The notes under the pieces: generated by a model
Databases searched by the model: none
The model's input: the letters and a program-made list of their open reading frames with translations, nothing else
What the model was told of the DNA's origin: nothing
Origin: Candidatus Yanofskybacteria bacterium
GTDB taxonomy: Bacteria; Patescibacteriota; Minisyncoccia; 2-02-FULL-40-12; IGHO2-01-FULL-4-A
Assembly: GCA_016185545.1 (NCBI GenBank)
Contig: JACPNJ010000005.1
Span: forward strand, 79,013-143,012
Length of the DNA: 64,000 nt
Reading direction: 5' to 3'
Part shown: positions 28,895 through 38,585 of the stretch, in pieces
Layout of the letters: the number at the start of each line of letters is the position of its first letter
How positions within the stretch are numbered: position 1 is the first letter of the stretch
Made by a program: the position numbers and the translations under genes

Positions 28895-30316
28895 CTATAA
28901 TTCGAATGATTCGCCCTCAACTGGCGCTACGGCTTCAATGCCATATTTTTCGTGAATTAGATTAGCGAGGGTGCGGGCGGATTCGTCTTCGCCTTGAACG
29001 ACAAAGACTTTTTTTAGATTGCCCGCACCGCCGCCTTGAACTGTTGAACCGCCAACCCACTTGATGAGACTTAGCTGATCGGCATGGGCGGAATAAGCTG
29101 ACAGGTTTTCTATATGGCACTTGACTGGCACCGTTTGGCCCATGATTCTGACTTCTTTTTCGCCCCTTTGAATGCGCCGGCCCAAACTGCCGTCAACTTG
29201 GTAACCGACAAAAAGTATCGTGCTGTTTGTATCCGGTAAATAACGCATTTCGTGATGCAAAATCCTGCCACCTTGGCTCATGCCTGAACCGGCAATTATA
29301 ATCTTAGGCGCCGGCACGTTATTTATCGCTTTTGATTCTTCGACGGCGGTTGTGAGTTTTAAACCCGGGAAATTAAATACGTCGTCACCGGAACCGATCA
29401 AATACGCCGTCTCTTTATTAAAATATTCGCGGTGTTTTTGGTATACAGCGGTCATTTTATTGGCGAGGGGGCTGTCAACAAACACCGGTACCCGTGGAAT
29501 TTTATTTTCATTGAAAAGCCCGTTTAATTCATGCAGAAGCTCTTGCGTGCGCTCAACGGCAAATGAGGGTATCATCAGCACCCCGCTTCGCTTGATTGTG
29601 TCCTCAATTACCGAAATCAGCTTACTTCTTCTCTCCTTTCTGCCCTCATGCACTCGATCACCATAAGCCGATTCAATAACAATATAGTCGGCATTTTTAA
29701 TTTTTTCGGTCGGTCGCAGAAGCGGCGTCGGCGGATTGCCGAGGTCGCCAGAGAAGAAAATCTTTCTGGTACCAGAAAGATTTTCTTCTCTGGCTTGGTA
29801 ATTGGTAATTGGTAATTGGTAATTGGTTCGCCATTGTATTTCTACAATTGCCGAACCCAGTATATGACCTGCGTCATGGAAAATTGCAGTAATCCCCTCC
29901 AGTTCAATCGGTTCATCATAAAAAACCCCCTCCACAAGCGACATCAGCCCGTCCAGATCCTCCTGTATAAATAATGGCTCATGTCCCATCTCTTTAGCTT
30001 CATCCAAAATCTTATTCAAATTATCAGGAAGTGCGACGGCCATCAGGTCGCGGGTGGCAGTGGTCGTGTAAACTTTGCCGCGGAAACCGTCTTTGTAAAG
30101 TTTCGGCAAACGCCCGATGTGGTCAATATGGCTGTGGGTAATAAAAACATATTTAATCTCTGCGGGATTATATTTGAATTGACCATAATTCAATTCTTCG
30201 GCATATCTTGTGCCTTGATTCAAGCCGCAATCTACGAGTATTTTGGTATGGCCGTGTTCGAGTAGATAATTAGCTCCGGTAACGGTACGAGCACCACCAT
30301 AAAAAGTTATTTTCAT
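28895..30316 (-). CDS. RNase J-like beta-CASP metallo-beta-lactamase ribonuclease
   Basis: HSHIDHIG motif; MBL plus beta-CASP plus RNA-specificity-like C-terminus; contains a heptamer array. Confidence 0.8.
   Translation of the reverse strand: MKITFYGGARTVTGANYLLEHGHTKILVDCGLNQGTRYAEELNYGQFKYNPAEIKYVFITHSHIDHIGRLPKLYKDGFRGKVYTTTATRDLMAVALPDNLNKILDEAKEMGHEPLFIQEDLDGLMSLVEGVFYDEPIELEGITAIFHDAGHILGSAIVEIQWRTNYQLPITNYQAREENLSGTRKIFFSGDLGNPPTPLLRPTEKIKNADYIVIESAYGDRVHEGRKERRSKLISVIEDTIKRSGVLMIPSFAVERTQELLHELNGLFNENKIPRVPVFVDSPLANKMTAVYQKHREYFNKETAYLIGSGDDVFNFPGLKLTTAVEESKAINNVPAPKIIIAGSGMSQGGRILHHEMRYLPDTNSTILFVGYQVDGSLGRRIQRGEKEVRIMGQTVPVKCHIENLSAYSAHADQLSLIKWVGGSTVQGGGAGNLKKVFVVQGEDESARTLANLIHEKYGIEAVAPVEGESFEL
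29797..29827. repeat. (GGTAATT)x4 heptamer array inside the RNase J-like gene
   Basis: ggtaattggtaattggtaattggtaattgg encoding ..NYQLPITNYQ.. Confidence 0.85.
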
Positions 30317-30368
30317 TTTACAATGCTTGATAATGTTTTTGTATTATTTTCCGTGACACCTTTGCTTT

Positions 30369-30400
30369 TTCAATAACCAACCGCAGGCCTGCCCGCCGAA
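30369..30400 (-). promoter_or_regulatory. 5' leader hairpin cccgcc-TGCGCCGAGGCTTC-ggcggg upstream of the RNase J-like gene
   Basis: Same loop and opposing stem arms as the uvrB copy at 42553. Confidence 0.4.
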
Positions 30401-30564
30401 GCCTCGGCGCAGGCGGGAATTTTCTTTGTTTTAAGCTATTTTCCGTGCTGTGCATCCGTCAATTTGGTCAGATTATAGAAAATGTCATGTGGACAAAAAT
30501 TTGACAAATTATTACATGCATGCTAACCTTACGACAGAATCAACCAGTTTCTAAGGAGGTGGCT

Positions 30565-30762
30565 ATGCCCTACGATATCGTGGAAGATAAGGACTATACA
30601 GGAGTTCGGTGCAGTGATTGCGGTAAAGTTATAGCTGCAGAATTTTCGCCCTATCACGCGGGAATCGACATTACCCAAAAGATATTCTATGACATTCAGG
30701 ATCATTCCCGAACTTGCCCCAAGACCTCTCGGTCGTCAGATCAAGCCACGGCTCGTGCCTAG
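30565..30762 (+). CDS. small hypothetical protein (possible CxxC ribbon)
   Basis: RBS ctaaggaggtg before ATG; 65 aa. Confidence 0.3.
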   Translation: MPYDIVEDKDYTGVRCSDCGKVIAAEFSPYHAGIDITQKIFYDIQDHSRTCPKTSRSSDQATARA

Positions 30763-30922
30763 CACGGGCTTTTTCTATCCCTATGACCCATGACACTTTT
30801 TACACTTTTAATACTGTCATACAAGGATTTTCTTTATTTCCCGCCCGAGGCGGGTCCGCCTCCGGCGGATAAGCCATTTCCCCACCTATGATATGGGCGG
30901 AATTGCCAAAATATAGAAAATA

Positions 30923-31558
30923 TCATGCAGTTTTTTTGCTTATTGGTTTCATTTCAAAACTGATATACCTCTCACCGAAAACTTCTTTTAACCTTTCTCC
31001 TAATCTCTTATCGCCTTCAGGATATTTACCTTCCTTAGCATGATTAGCCCCAACAATCAGTAAGTATTTTCCCGGCGTCTGTTCATAGCGTCGCTGAAAA
31101 TTGATAAACATATCTTCGTCTCGGGATTCTCCTCTTAGAAAATATCTTTCATTTTTGCGTTTTGATGTTTCTTGATACTCCCCTTCTTTCGTTTTTGACG
31201 AATCGAAACTGATAACTCCTTTTCCGATCTCCTTTACTTTATCGAAGATTTTTAGTAAATCTCTTATACTTTTACCTTCCTTCTCTGCTCCAGCGAAGAA
31301 ATCTTCCAATGTTTTATCCACCTCGCCACTGGCAAGATATTTATCAATCGCTTCTTGATAATCAACCGGCAACTCAACAAATATCTGATTTATCTGGGAA
31401 CCAAACCTATCCAGAAAATTCAAAATCGTTTCGCCGTGCTTACCATGAAATGTCTCTCCTAAAACAACTACATCTCGCCTCTCAAACAAATTTTCGGGAA
31501 ATTGTTCGGCGTTTTCGAGATTAAATTGTTCTCTTTTTATTCTCTCCATGTTTTTCAT
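30923..31558 (-). CDS. hypothetical protein
   Basis: 211 aa; no recognisable domain; preceded by the conserved leader element. Confidence 0.5.
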   Translation of the reverse strand: MKNMERIKREQFNLENAEQFPENLFERRDVVVLGETFHGKHGETILNFLDRFGSQINQIFVELPVDYQEAIDKYLASGEVDKTLEDFFAGAEKEGKSIRDLLKIFDKVKEIGKGVISFDSSKTKEGEYQETSKRKNERYFLRGESRDEDMFINFQRRYEQTPGKYLLIVGANHAKEGKYPEGDKRLGERLKEVFGERYISFEMKPISKKTA

Positions 31559-31567
31559 ATTTCACGC

Positions 31568-31676
31568 CCCATGACACTTCTTATCCTCCTTCGCTACCTC
31601 CTTCGCCAAGGCTTCGGAAGGTCAAAGAAAGCTACGGAAGGATTGCGAGATGTCACTTACCGTGACATCTCTTATA
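31568..31676 (-). promoter_or_regulatory. ~110-nt conserved 5' leader element (copy 1), with 10-bp hairpin gagatgtcac/gtgacatctc and GCCAAGGCTTCG-loop hairpin
   Basis: About 95% identical to 60697..60805 in the same orientation; both abut start codons of minus-strand genes. Confidence 0.6.
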
Positions 31677-31706
31677 TTTCTTACACATTGTGCTTGGCTC
31701 TTAGGA

Positions 31707-32540
31707 TTATAAAAAACTTGCGACCAAATACCCGACTATACTCATCAACGCTATCGGCGGTAAGGCCGCCATGGGACGGCGGGTTGCTTGATTAGTAAAT
31801 ATTAGGTGCATCAAAAGCAGTCCGAGAATTGAAAATAAAGCAACCGTAACCGCAGACAATAGGGAAATCCTGACTAATGACGCGGAAAGCAAAAGCGGAA
31901 AAATTACATCGCCGGAACCAAGAATCATAAAACCCCCACCGGGAATAACACTAGCAATTTTGTGCCTGACGGTATGGCCCAATTCTGGGATAACAAATCC
32001 GAATATCGCCCTCGACTCTATCATGGCCTGGGCAAGTTTGATCATATGGCCTGTCTTATAAACAGAGATAATGTCATAAAAAGAAAATAAAACAAGGATA
32101 TAAATGACTGTCATCGGCAAAAGTGAAATGCCTAAAACGGCCCCGATGCCGGCAATTGTCAAAATCATTGCTGAGTTTTGGGTTATTATATTTTGAAATA
32201 GCCAAAAAACGGTTACAATCGCTATCGCCACAAAGATGGATGCCAATGAATTTAACCAAATCCCCAAAATTGCTTGGGTTCCGGAAAAAATTAAAAAAGA
32301 AAGGAAAAATTTAAAAAACCATGAGCCGACGCGCTTAAATTTGGCCACAACCAGAAAAAATACAACGAGAATAACCGCGAGAATTAAAAAGCCGCTGACA
32401 GAATAATCGCCCCAGCCCACCGACTCTGCCAAAATCGTTTCCGGCAAAAATTTATAAGCCGCGTAAATCCCCAGCACTTGCGTCAACCCAAAAGGCACCA
32501 GTACTCTCAAAAAATTGTTGAATTTAAACTTGATGGACAT
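31707..32540 (-). CDS. presenilin / signal-peptide-peptidase-like intramembrane aspartyl protease (A22-like)
   Basis: About 8 TM helices; FYDIISVY (YD), LGSGD (GxGD) and AALPP (PAL-like) in the expected order. Confidence 0.5.
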   Translation of the reverse strand: MSIKFKFNNFLRVLVPFGLTQVLGIYAAYKFLPETILAESVGWGDYSVSGFLILAVILVVFFLVVAKFKRVGSWFFKFFLSFLIFSGTQAILGIWLNSLASIFVAIAIVTVFWLFQNIITQNSAMILTIAGIGAVLGISLLPMTVIYILVLFSFYDIISVYKTGHMIKLAQAMIESRAIFGFVIPELGHTVRHKIASVIPGGGFMILGSGDVIFPLLLSASLVRISLLSAVTVALFSILGLLLMHLIFTNQATRRPMAALPPIALMSIVGYLVASFL

Positions 32541-32653
32541 TTACAAAATCATTGCTCTAATGTAAATCTCAAAATGTAAAATGACAGTTAAAAATTTGAA
32601 ATTTTACGCTTTAATTTTGCATTTTGATTTTTAAATTTTGAATTTAGTTCGCC

Positions 32654-33091
32654 TTATGGGCGAACGATTACCGTCCCCTCTTCATTCAGATTGCGCGCGC
32701 TATGATAACCGAAAATTCCCGTTTGGCTGAAAGTATATGTAAAAACACTCTTGGGCGGGATTTCGCCGACACTGTCAAAACCAGCCAAATCAAGGACACC
32801 ATTGGTTAAATCAGAAATTATTCGCATCGAGGTGCTGCCGTCGTTTTGAAATCTCACACTATCACCGACGTGAATTCTTATATTTGTCGGGCTAAAAACC
32901 CCCAAACCGTAGAAAACGGTGTAGGTTCTGGGCTGTCTAGTATTTGTTTGGCGACCGGAAAAAGCCTGGCCATTATTGGCCAGTGATGGATTATTGCGAC
33001 TAAAATACAAAACCGCCCAAGCAAAACCGGTCAATACTAAAATAATAAAAAGCCACATGACACCCTTGGGTTTGAAGTCTGAGTCCGACAT
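32654..33091 (-). CDS. membrane-anchored hypothetical protein (beta-sandwich/cupredoxin-like C-domain?)
   Basis: Single N-terminal TM segment; 145 aa. Confidence 0.4.
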   Translation of the reverse strand: MSDSDFKPKGVMWLFIILVLTGFAWAVLYFSRNNPSLANNGQAFSGRQTNTRQPRTYTVFYGLGVFSPTNIRIHVGDSVRFQNDGSTSMRIISDLTNGVLDLAGFDSVGEIPPKSVFTYTFSQTGIFGYHSARNLNEEGTVIVRP

Positions 33092-33140
33092 ATTTGTATT
33101 CTAACATAAAACCGACTGTTTGTGCCAATAAAAAGCCTCT

Positions 33141-33638
33141 CTAAGAGGCTAATTTTGATTCCCAAAATTTATTTATTTTTTCTATCGCACAATGAAGATT
33201 ATGACAGCGATTTGTTCCATAATTTTTACTAGATATCTCAAGAACAAAAATTATGTTCTCCCCATCAGAAACTGAATCTTCATAAAAATCTAGTTTAAAT
33301 TTATTTATATTGGTCCTTTCTGCTTTTTTATACGCTACAGGAGCATCATTTTCTAAAAAATCCTCATCTTTAGTAACTAAAACAAAAAATGGTTTCTTGG
33401 TAACATTATTCCAGCGTTTATTTTTGCGAATGTATTGAAAAAAATATTGTAATACCTGAAAATCATCTAATCGAAAGAGCGCATTCCCTGGATGAAATGC
33501 CTCAGCCTTAAAGAAAAATCGGTGAACGCAAAAGACCAATTCTTTGTCGCTGCAATTACTGCTGCATGTTTCCATCTTGGGCATATTCGCATCAAAGAAA
33601 ACCACTACGTCAACCGGATCACTTATTTCGTCGCCCAA
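33141..33638 (-). CDS. hypothetical protein
   Basis: 165 aa, Cys/His-rich (CSSNCS..CVHRF..CHNLHC). Confidence 0.35.
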   Translation of the reverse strand: MGDEISDPVDVVVFFDANMPKMETCSSNCSDKELVFCVHRFFFKAEAFHPGNALFRLDDFQVLQYFFQYIRKNKRWNNVTKKPFFVLVTKDEDFLENDAPVAYKKAERTNINKFKLDFYEDSVSDGENIIFVLEISSKNYGTNRCHNLHCAIEKINKFWESKLAS

Positions 33639-33732
33639 ATGATTCTCCCCATATTTGTAAAAAAACTTAATATAATTCTATTTTTAGAATAATCCCCTGA
33701 TAAATAAAAATCAAGGGTTGACCTTACGCACT

Positions 33733-35007
33733 TTATGAAAGCAATTCCAAAACTATTTCTTTATCTGACCATGAAATCTTTTTCCCTCCAGCCACAGCCA
33801 TTAAATTCTCGGACCCCTTGCCGGTTATTACGACTATATCATCAACTTGAGCTAGAACTAAGGCTTTTCTGATTGCCTCTTTGCGGTCTAGAATTTTGGT
33901 ATAGTTTTCAGTTTGCGAGAACCCCGAAGCAATTTGTTCCAAAATTGCCTCGGGGTTCTCGTCATAAGGGTCCTCGTTCGTCAAAATCACCTCATTGCAA
34001 TATTTGGCCGCGATCTTGCCAAACTCAGGCCGCTTCCATTTGTCCCGACCGCCGCCGGCTGCCCCCAATACACAGATGAGTTTATTACGAGGTTCAACCT
34101 CAACAGAAATATGGGGTTGGTTTCTTAGGGTTTTGTAAACCAGTTCCAATGAATCCGGCGTGTGAGCATAATCAATAATTACATTAAAACCTTTCGGCGC
34201 ATGAATGATTTCCATTCTGCCTGGTATTGATTTGATTGAATTTAGCGACGCTACCGCTTTATTCATATCAAGATTATAAGCATGCGCTACGGCCAATGCC
34301 GCCAAGGCGTTATATTCGTTAAAATCCCCCAGCAATTTTAAGTTAAGTTTTTCATTTTTCGTTTTTAGCTTTTCACTTGTTATCATCCCCCATTTTTTGC
34401 CATATGTTACTTTGTGTTGCGCCGTAAAATTGGCAAATTTTTCAAAATACGGATCGTCAATGTTAAGTACGTGGATATTGCCAGTTTTCAGAAAAAGTTT
34501 CTGCTTGGCGGCCATATAATTTTCAAATGAGCCATGGCTTTCCAAATGTTCACGGTGCAAATTGGTAAAAACGGCACAATCAATTTTGACACCAGCCAGA
34601 CGATTTTGGACAATACCCTCTGAAGTGGCTTCGAGCACCACGTATCGACAACCGGCTTTTTTTGCCTGATATAAAAATTTCTGCAACTTGAGTCGCCCCG
34701 GCAAAGTCATTTTTAGCGTATTGGGCCATGTCCGTTCTTTTATCTTAAACCCGAGCGACCCCACTGCCGCCACCGACAGCCCCTGCTCCTCAAAAATCTT
34801 GCTTATCATATAAACCGTCGTTGATTTGCCCTTAGTCCCGGTAACTGCTATCACCCTCATCGCCTGCGACGGAAAACCATAAATCGCTGCCCCCAGCATT
34901 ACCAGCCCCCAATGATAAACCGGCTGTGCCAATTTAAAAATCCGCCGCGGTAACACGGCGCGCCCCAAACCTAGCAATTTGTTTAGTAATCGGTTCTCTT
35001 GAAACAC
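33733..35007 (-). CDS. Mur ligase family protein (MurE/MurF-like)
   Basis: VIAVTGTKGKSTT P-loop; Mur ligase middle and C-terminal domains. Confidence 0.6.
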   Translation of the reverse strand: MFQENRLLNKLLGLGRAVLPRRIFKLAQPVYHWGLVMLGAAIYGFPSQAMRVIAVTGTKGKSTTVYMISKIFEEQGLSVAAVGSLGFKIKERTWPNTLKMTLPGRLKLQKFLYQAKKAGCRYVVLEATSEGIVQNRLAGVKIDCAVFTNLHREHLESHGSFENYMAAKQKLFLKTGNIHVLNIDDPYFEKFANFTAQHKVTYGKKWGMITSEKLKTKNEKLNLKLLGDFNEYNALAALAVAHAYNLDMNKAVASLNSIKSIPGRMEIIHAPKGFNVIIDYAHTPDSLELVYKTLRNQPHISVEVEPRNKLICVLGAAGGGRDKWKRPEFGKIAAKYCNEVILTNEDPYDENPEAILEQIASGFSQTENYTKILDRKEAIRKALVLAQVDDIVVITGKGSENLMAVAGGKKISWSDKEIVLELLS

Positions 35008-35100
35008 AAAAATACTTTACCACAAATTCTTTATTGACGGAATTTTAAGACATGCTAAACTCAATAAAACGGTTAAGTACCTTAAAAATGAGGTGGTAAA

Positions 35101-37233
35101 ATGAATCCGGATCAAAAAGTATTCACCCTGGAAGAGTTGGAATCGGGTCAATATGATTCAAGGCTTTATCAGGAAATGGATTTCGGCGAACTGCTTAAAT
35201 TCGCTCAGGCAAATCCACATGTTTCTTACTCGGCTTATCAGAAGATGTTGCAAACAATTTTAAGCTATGGCTTTGAGAAATATAAATTTACCAGGCGCGA
35301 TTTTATCCATTATCCGTTTTTCGACGACCCGTTTAATAACGGACGGGATGCCGTATTCGGTCTTGATAAACAAATGATGAGATTGGCAGAGGTATTTAAA
35401 GCGGGTGCGGCCCGTTTGGGCCAAGAAAGGCGTATTATATTGCTTCATGGCCCAGTCGGATCTTCCAAAACAACTATTGCAAGACTCCTGCGGAATGGAC
35501 TTCAAAAATTCACCCAAACCAATGAAGGGCAGCTGTTTACTTATTCATGGGTCCCACGCGACGACGAAGATAAAGAAATTATGGGCTTGGCTAAAAGTTC
35601 TCTCAAAGAATTGCGCTGCCCGGTGCATGAAGATCCGCTGTTGCTTTTACCGGAAGACACGCGAATAAAAATTATGTCGGCTATGAATAATACTTCCATC
35701 TACGACCGCAAAGAATCCAAAGAGCGTCCTCGACGGCCTGAAGAACTGGTATTTTTGGAAGGTGAAATATGCCCCCTATGCCGGTTGGTTTATAAAGAGC
35801 TGCTGCGCAAACAAAAAGGTGACTGGAAAAAAGTTGTAAGCGATTACTTGAAGGTGCGCCGGCTTATTTTTTCAGAAGTTGACCGCATTGGTATCGGCTC
35901 GTTCAGACCAAAAGACGAGAAAAACCAGGATTCCACTGAACTTTCTGGCGATATCAACTATCGTAAAATCGCCGAATTCGGTTCCGAATCGGATCCGCGG
36001 GCATTTAATTTTGACGGGGAATTCCAAGTTTCCAATCGCGGCTTCTTCTATGTGGAAGAGGCATTCAAACTGGATAAGGCGTTTCTTTATGATTTCCTTG
36101 GCGCTACCCAGGAGCACAGGATTAAGCCCAAGCGCTTTCCTGAAATGTATGTTGATTGCGTCTATATGGGCGGCACCAATAATCCGGAATATGAAAAGCT
36201 ACGCGACGATGAAACAATGGAGGCGTTCCGGGACCGCACTACCAGAATTGATGTGCCTTATGTTCTAAAACTCGCCCAAGAAGAACGGATTTATAAAAAG
36301 GTGTATAAAGAAGTTCCCGGGCAAAAACATATCGCGCCGCATACGATAGAAATGGCATCTCTCTGGGCTCTGCTTACAAGGGTGAAAAAATCTAATAAAC
36401 CGCAAACGCAGGGCATTTCCCTGCGCAATAAAATCAGATTGTATGACGGCAAAACAGTTTCAGGCTTTACCGAGGAACATATTCACGACCTGATGTTTGA
36501 AAATCCCGACGAGGGAATGCAGGGAATCTCGCCGCGCTATATTCAAGACCAGATAGGCAATGCAATTGTTGAGGATACGGATGTGCACTGCATTTCCTGG
36601 TTCACGGTTAAAAAAGAACTGGAGGAAGGGCTTAATTCCCACTCCCTGTTAAAGGGCAGCCAACGGCTTCAGGATTATAAAAATCTACTGGCGGAAGTGG
36701 AAGAAGAATTTACCGAAACGGTTAAGGGCGAAGTTCAGGAAGCGGTTGCCGGTGACGAAAAAGATGTTGATATTTTATTCAATAAATATATTGAGAATGT
36801 AATTGCTTATATAAACAAGGAAAAAATTGAGGATCACCGAGGCGAACTCGTAGAGCCGGATGAGCAATTGATGAGCGAGATTGAAGAGAAAGCCGGCGTA
36901 TCCGCAAGCGGAAAAGACGAATACCGGGCAAGGCTGGTCCAGTCAATGGGAACTTTTGCCAGACGCAAAAGATCGTTTGACTACAAGTCCGACGAGCAAC
37001 TCTGCCGCGGCTTGAAATTAAAACTTTTTGAAGACAGAAAAGACACCATCAACTTGTCCACTTTGCATACGCGGGTGATAGACCCGGAAGAGCAGGAAAA
37101 AATTGAAGTGATAAAGAAGAGGATGGTTGAACGGTTTGGTTATTGCCAGATTTGCGCAACCTTGGTAATGAACCACGTGGCTTCCATCTGGGCCAGCGGA
37201 ACCAAAGCCAAACAGCTGGCTCTCAATTCATAA
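35101..37233 (+). CDS. prkA: PrkA-family serine protein kinase (AAA+ plus kinase-like)
   Basis: 710 aa; LLHGPVGSSKTTIARLL Walker A; colinear with YeaG/PrkA. Confidence 0.88.
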   Translation: MNPDQKVFTLEELESGQYDSRLYQEMDFGELLKFAQANPHVSYSAYQKMLQTILSYGFEKYKFTRRDFIHYPFFDDPFNNGRDAVFGLDKQMMRLAEVFKAGAARLGQERRIILLHGPVGSSKTTIARLLRNGLQKFTQTNEGQLFTYSWVPRDDEDKEIMGLAKSSLKELRCPVHEDPLLLLPEDTRIKIMSAMNNTSIYDRKESKERPRRPEELVFLEGEICPLCRLVYKELLRKQKGDWKKVVSDYLKVRRLIFSEVDRIGIGSFRPKDEKNQDSTELSGDINYRKIAEFGSESDPRAFNFDGEFQVSNRGFFYVEEAFKLDKAFLYDFLGATQEHRIKPKRFPEMYVDCVYMGGTNNPEYEKLRDDETMEAFRDRTTRIDVPYVLKLAQEERIYKKVYKEVPGQKHIAPHTIEMASLWALLTRVKKSNKPQTQGISLRNKIRLYDGKTVSGFTEEHIHDLMFENPDEGMQGISPRYIQDQIGNAIVEDTDVHCISWFTVKKELEEGLNSHSLLKGSQRLQDYKNLLAEVEEEFTETVKGEVQEAVAGDEKDVDILFNKYIENVIAYINKEKIEDHRGELVEPDEQLMSEIEEKAGVSASGKDEYRARLVQSMGTFARRKRSFDYKSDEQLCRGLKLKLFEDRKDTINLSTLHTRVIDPEEQEKIEVIKKRMVERFGYCQICATLVMNHVASIWASGTKAKQLALNS

Positions 37234-37319
37234 GCGGTTACCGCCGCTTTTTTTATTTGATTTTTCTCTATCTTGAGTTATTATTCCAAAGAAGCACTTT
37301 GACAATAAAAGGAGCGGCT

Positions 37320-38576
37320 ATGGCTGGCAGAATAAACCAAGATGAAAAAGAGTTTCTGGATATTATAAGAGGCAAACTTCGCAAAGACCTCTTGAAATTC
37401 ATACAAAAGGGCCAGATTACTATTGTGGGACCAGGACACGGAATTGCCATACCTCTGGAAACCATTCAAATTCCACGCATACACTTCGCTCCCATTCCTC
37501 CAGATGCCGAGATAAAAGAGGGCGAAAATGGGAACAGCGAAGATATCGGTTCTGATATCGGCGTGGGCAAGGGACCGGGAAAGCCGGGAACAGATTTAGG
37601 ACCGGTTGAACCGGATGAAGACGATGAAAATGGCGAAGGTAAAGAAGGTGGTGAAAGGCAGGCCGGATTGGGCCGCGGTCCTGAAATTGTTGAAATTGAA
37701 ATTCCGTCGGAAGAGTTTTATGAACTTTTTAAAGAGGTCCTTGAACTGCCCAATATTAAACCCAAGGGCGAAAGACAAATAAAAACCGAATCCTGGAAAT
37801 ATACGGATATCAGATCGGCGGGTCCGGAATCGCTCCGCCACAAAAAACGCACCTACAAGCAGGCATTAAAAAGGACGATATCCGAAGGCCAATACAATCC
37901 GGATGAGCCGGTGATAATTCCAATCAGCCAAGACAAACGTTACCGCGTCCCAGAACTAGTAACCAAACCGAAGAACAACGCCGTGGTCTTTAACATGATG
38001 GATGTTTCTGGATCAATGTCCAGGGACGACAGAGAGTTGGTCAGATATTTCTGCGCTTTGTGCGAATTTTGGCTTTCGTGCAACTATGACGGCGTTGAGA
38101 TTGTCTGGATAATCCATGACGGCGAAGCGGATAGAGTAACCAGAGAAGCATTTTTATCTACCCAGCGTGGCGGCGGCACGGTTATTTCAACCGCCCATAA
38201 AAAAATGCTTGAGATTATGGAAGAAGAATATCCGCCGGAACAGTGGAATGTTTACCCATTTTATTTTTCAGATGGTTTCAATTTCGGTAATTTTGACGGC
38301 ATAGACGACAATGAAATCTGCGCTCATCTTATTGGTGATAGAATCATCCCTTTTGTCAATCAATACTCTTATTGTGAGGTAAGCGCTCACAGATATTGGT
38401 GGCCTTCCAATGGCAAGGGCGAGCGCGACCCGAGCCAGAAATTCCATCCTGCCGGCAGTTTCGGACTTATGCTCTTGGAAAAATTCGAGGGCGAACTGCT
38501 GGTCGTATGCACCAATCTGCAGGAAATGGAAAAAGTGCCGAACACCATTAAAGATGTTTTTAAACAAGGCCGATAA
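37320..38576 (+). CDS. yhbH: YeaH/YhbH-like DUF444 protein (vWA-like)
   Basis: RBS aaaggagcggct before ATG; VVFNMMDVSGSM vWA MIDAS-like motif; classic prkA partner. Confidence 0.8.
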   Translation: MAGRINQDEKEFLDIIRGKLRKDLLKFIQKGQITIVGPGHGIAIPLETIQIPRIHFAPIPPDAEIKEGENGNSEDIGSDIGVGKGPGKPGTDLGPVEPDEDDENGEGKEGGERQAGLGRGPEIVEIEIPSEEFYELFKEVLELPNIKPKGERQIKTESWKYTDIRSAGPESLRHKKRTYKQALKRTISEGQYNPDEPVIIPISQDKRYRVPELVTKPKNNAVVFNMMDVSGSMSRDDRELVRYFCALCEFWLSCNYDGVEIVWIIHDGEADRVTREAFLSTQRGGGTVISTAHKKMLEIMEEEYPPEQWNVYPFYFSDGFNFGNFDGIDDNEICAHLIGDRIIPFVNQYSYCEVSAHRYWWPSNGKGERDPSQKFHPAGSFGLMLLEKFEGELLVVCTNLQEMEKVPNTIKDVFKQGR

Positions 38577-38585
38577 GGAGGGCTT

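Noticed and set aside
37143-37319. Upstream extension of the yhbH ORF (ORF track start 37143, overlapping prkA end)
   Set aside because: The extension encodes low-complexity sequence. A strong RBS (aaaggagcggct) precedes the ATG at 37320, and MAGRINQDEKEFLDIIRGKL matches the family N-terminus.
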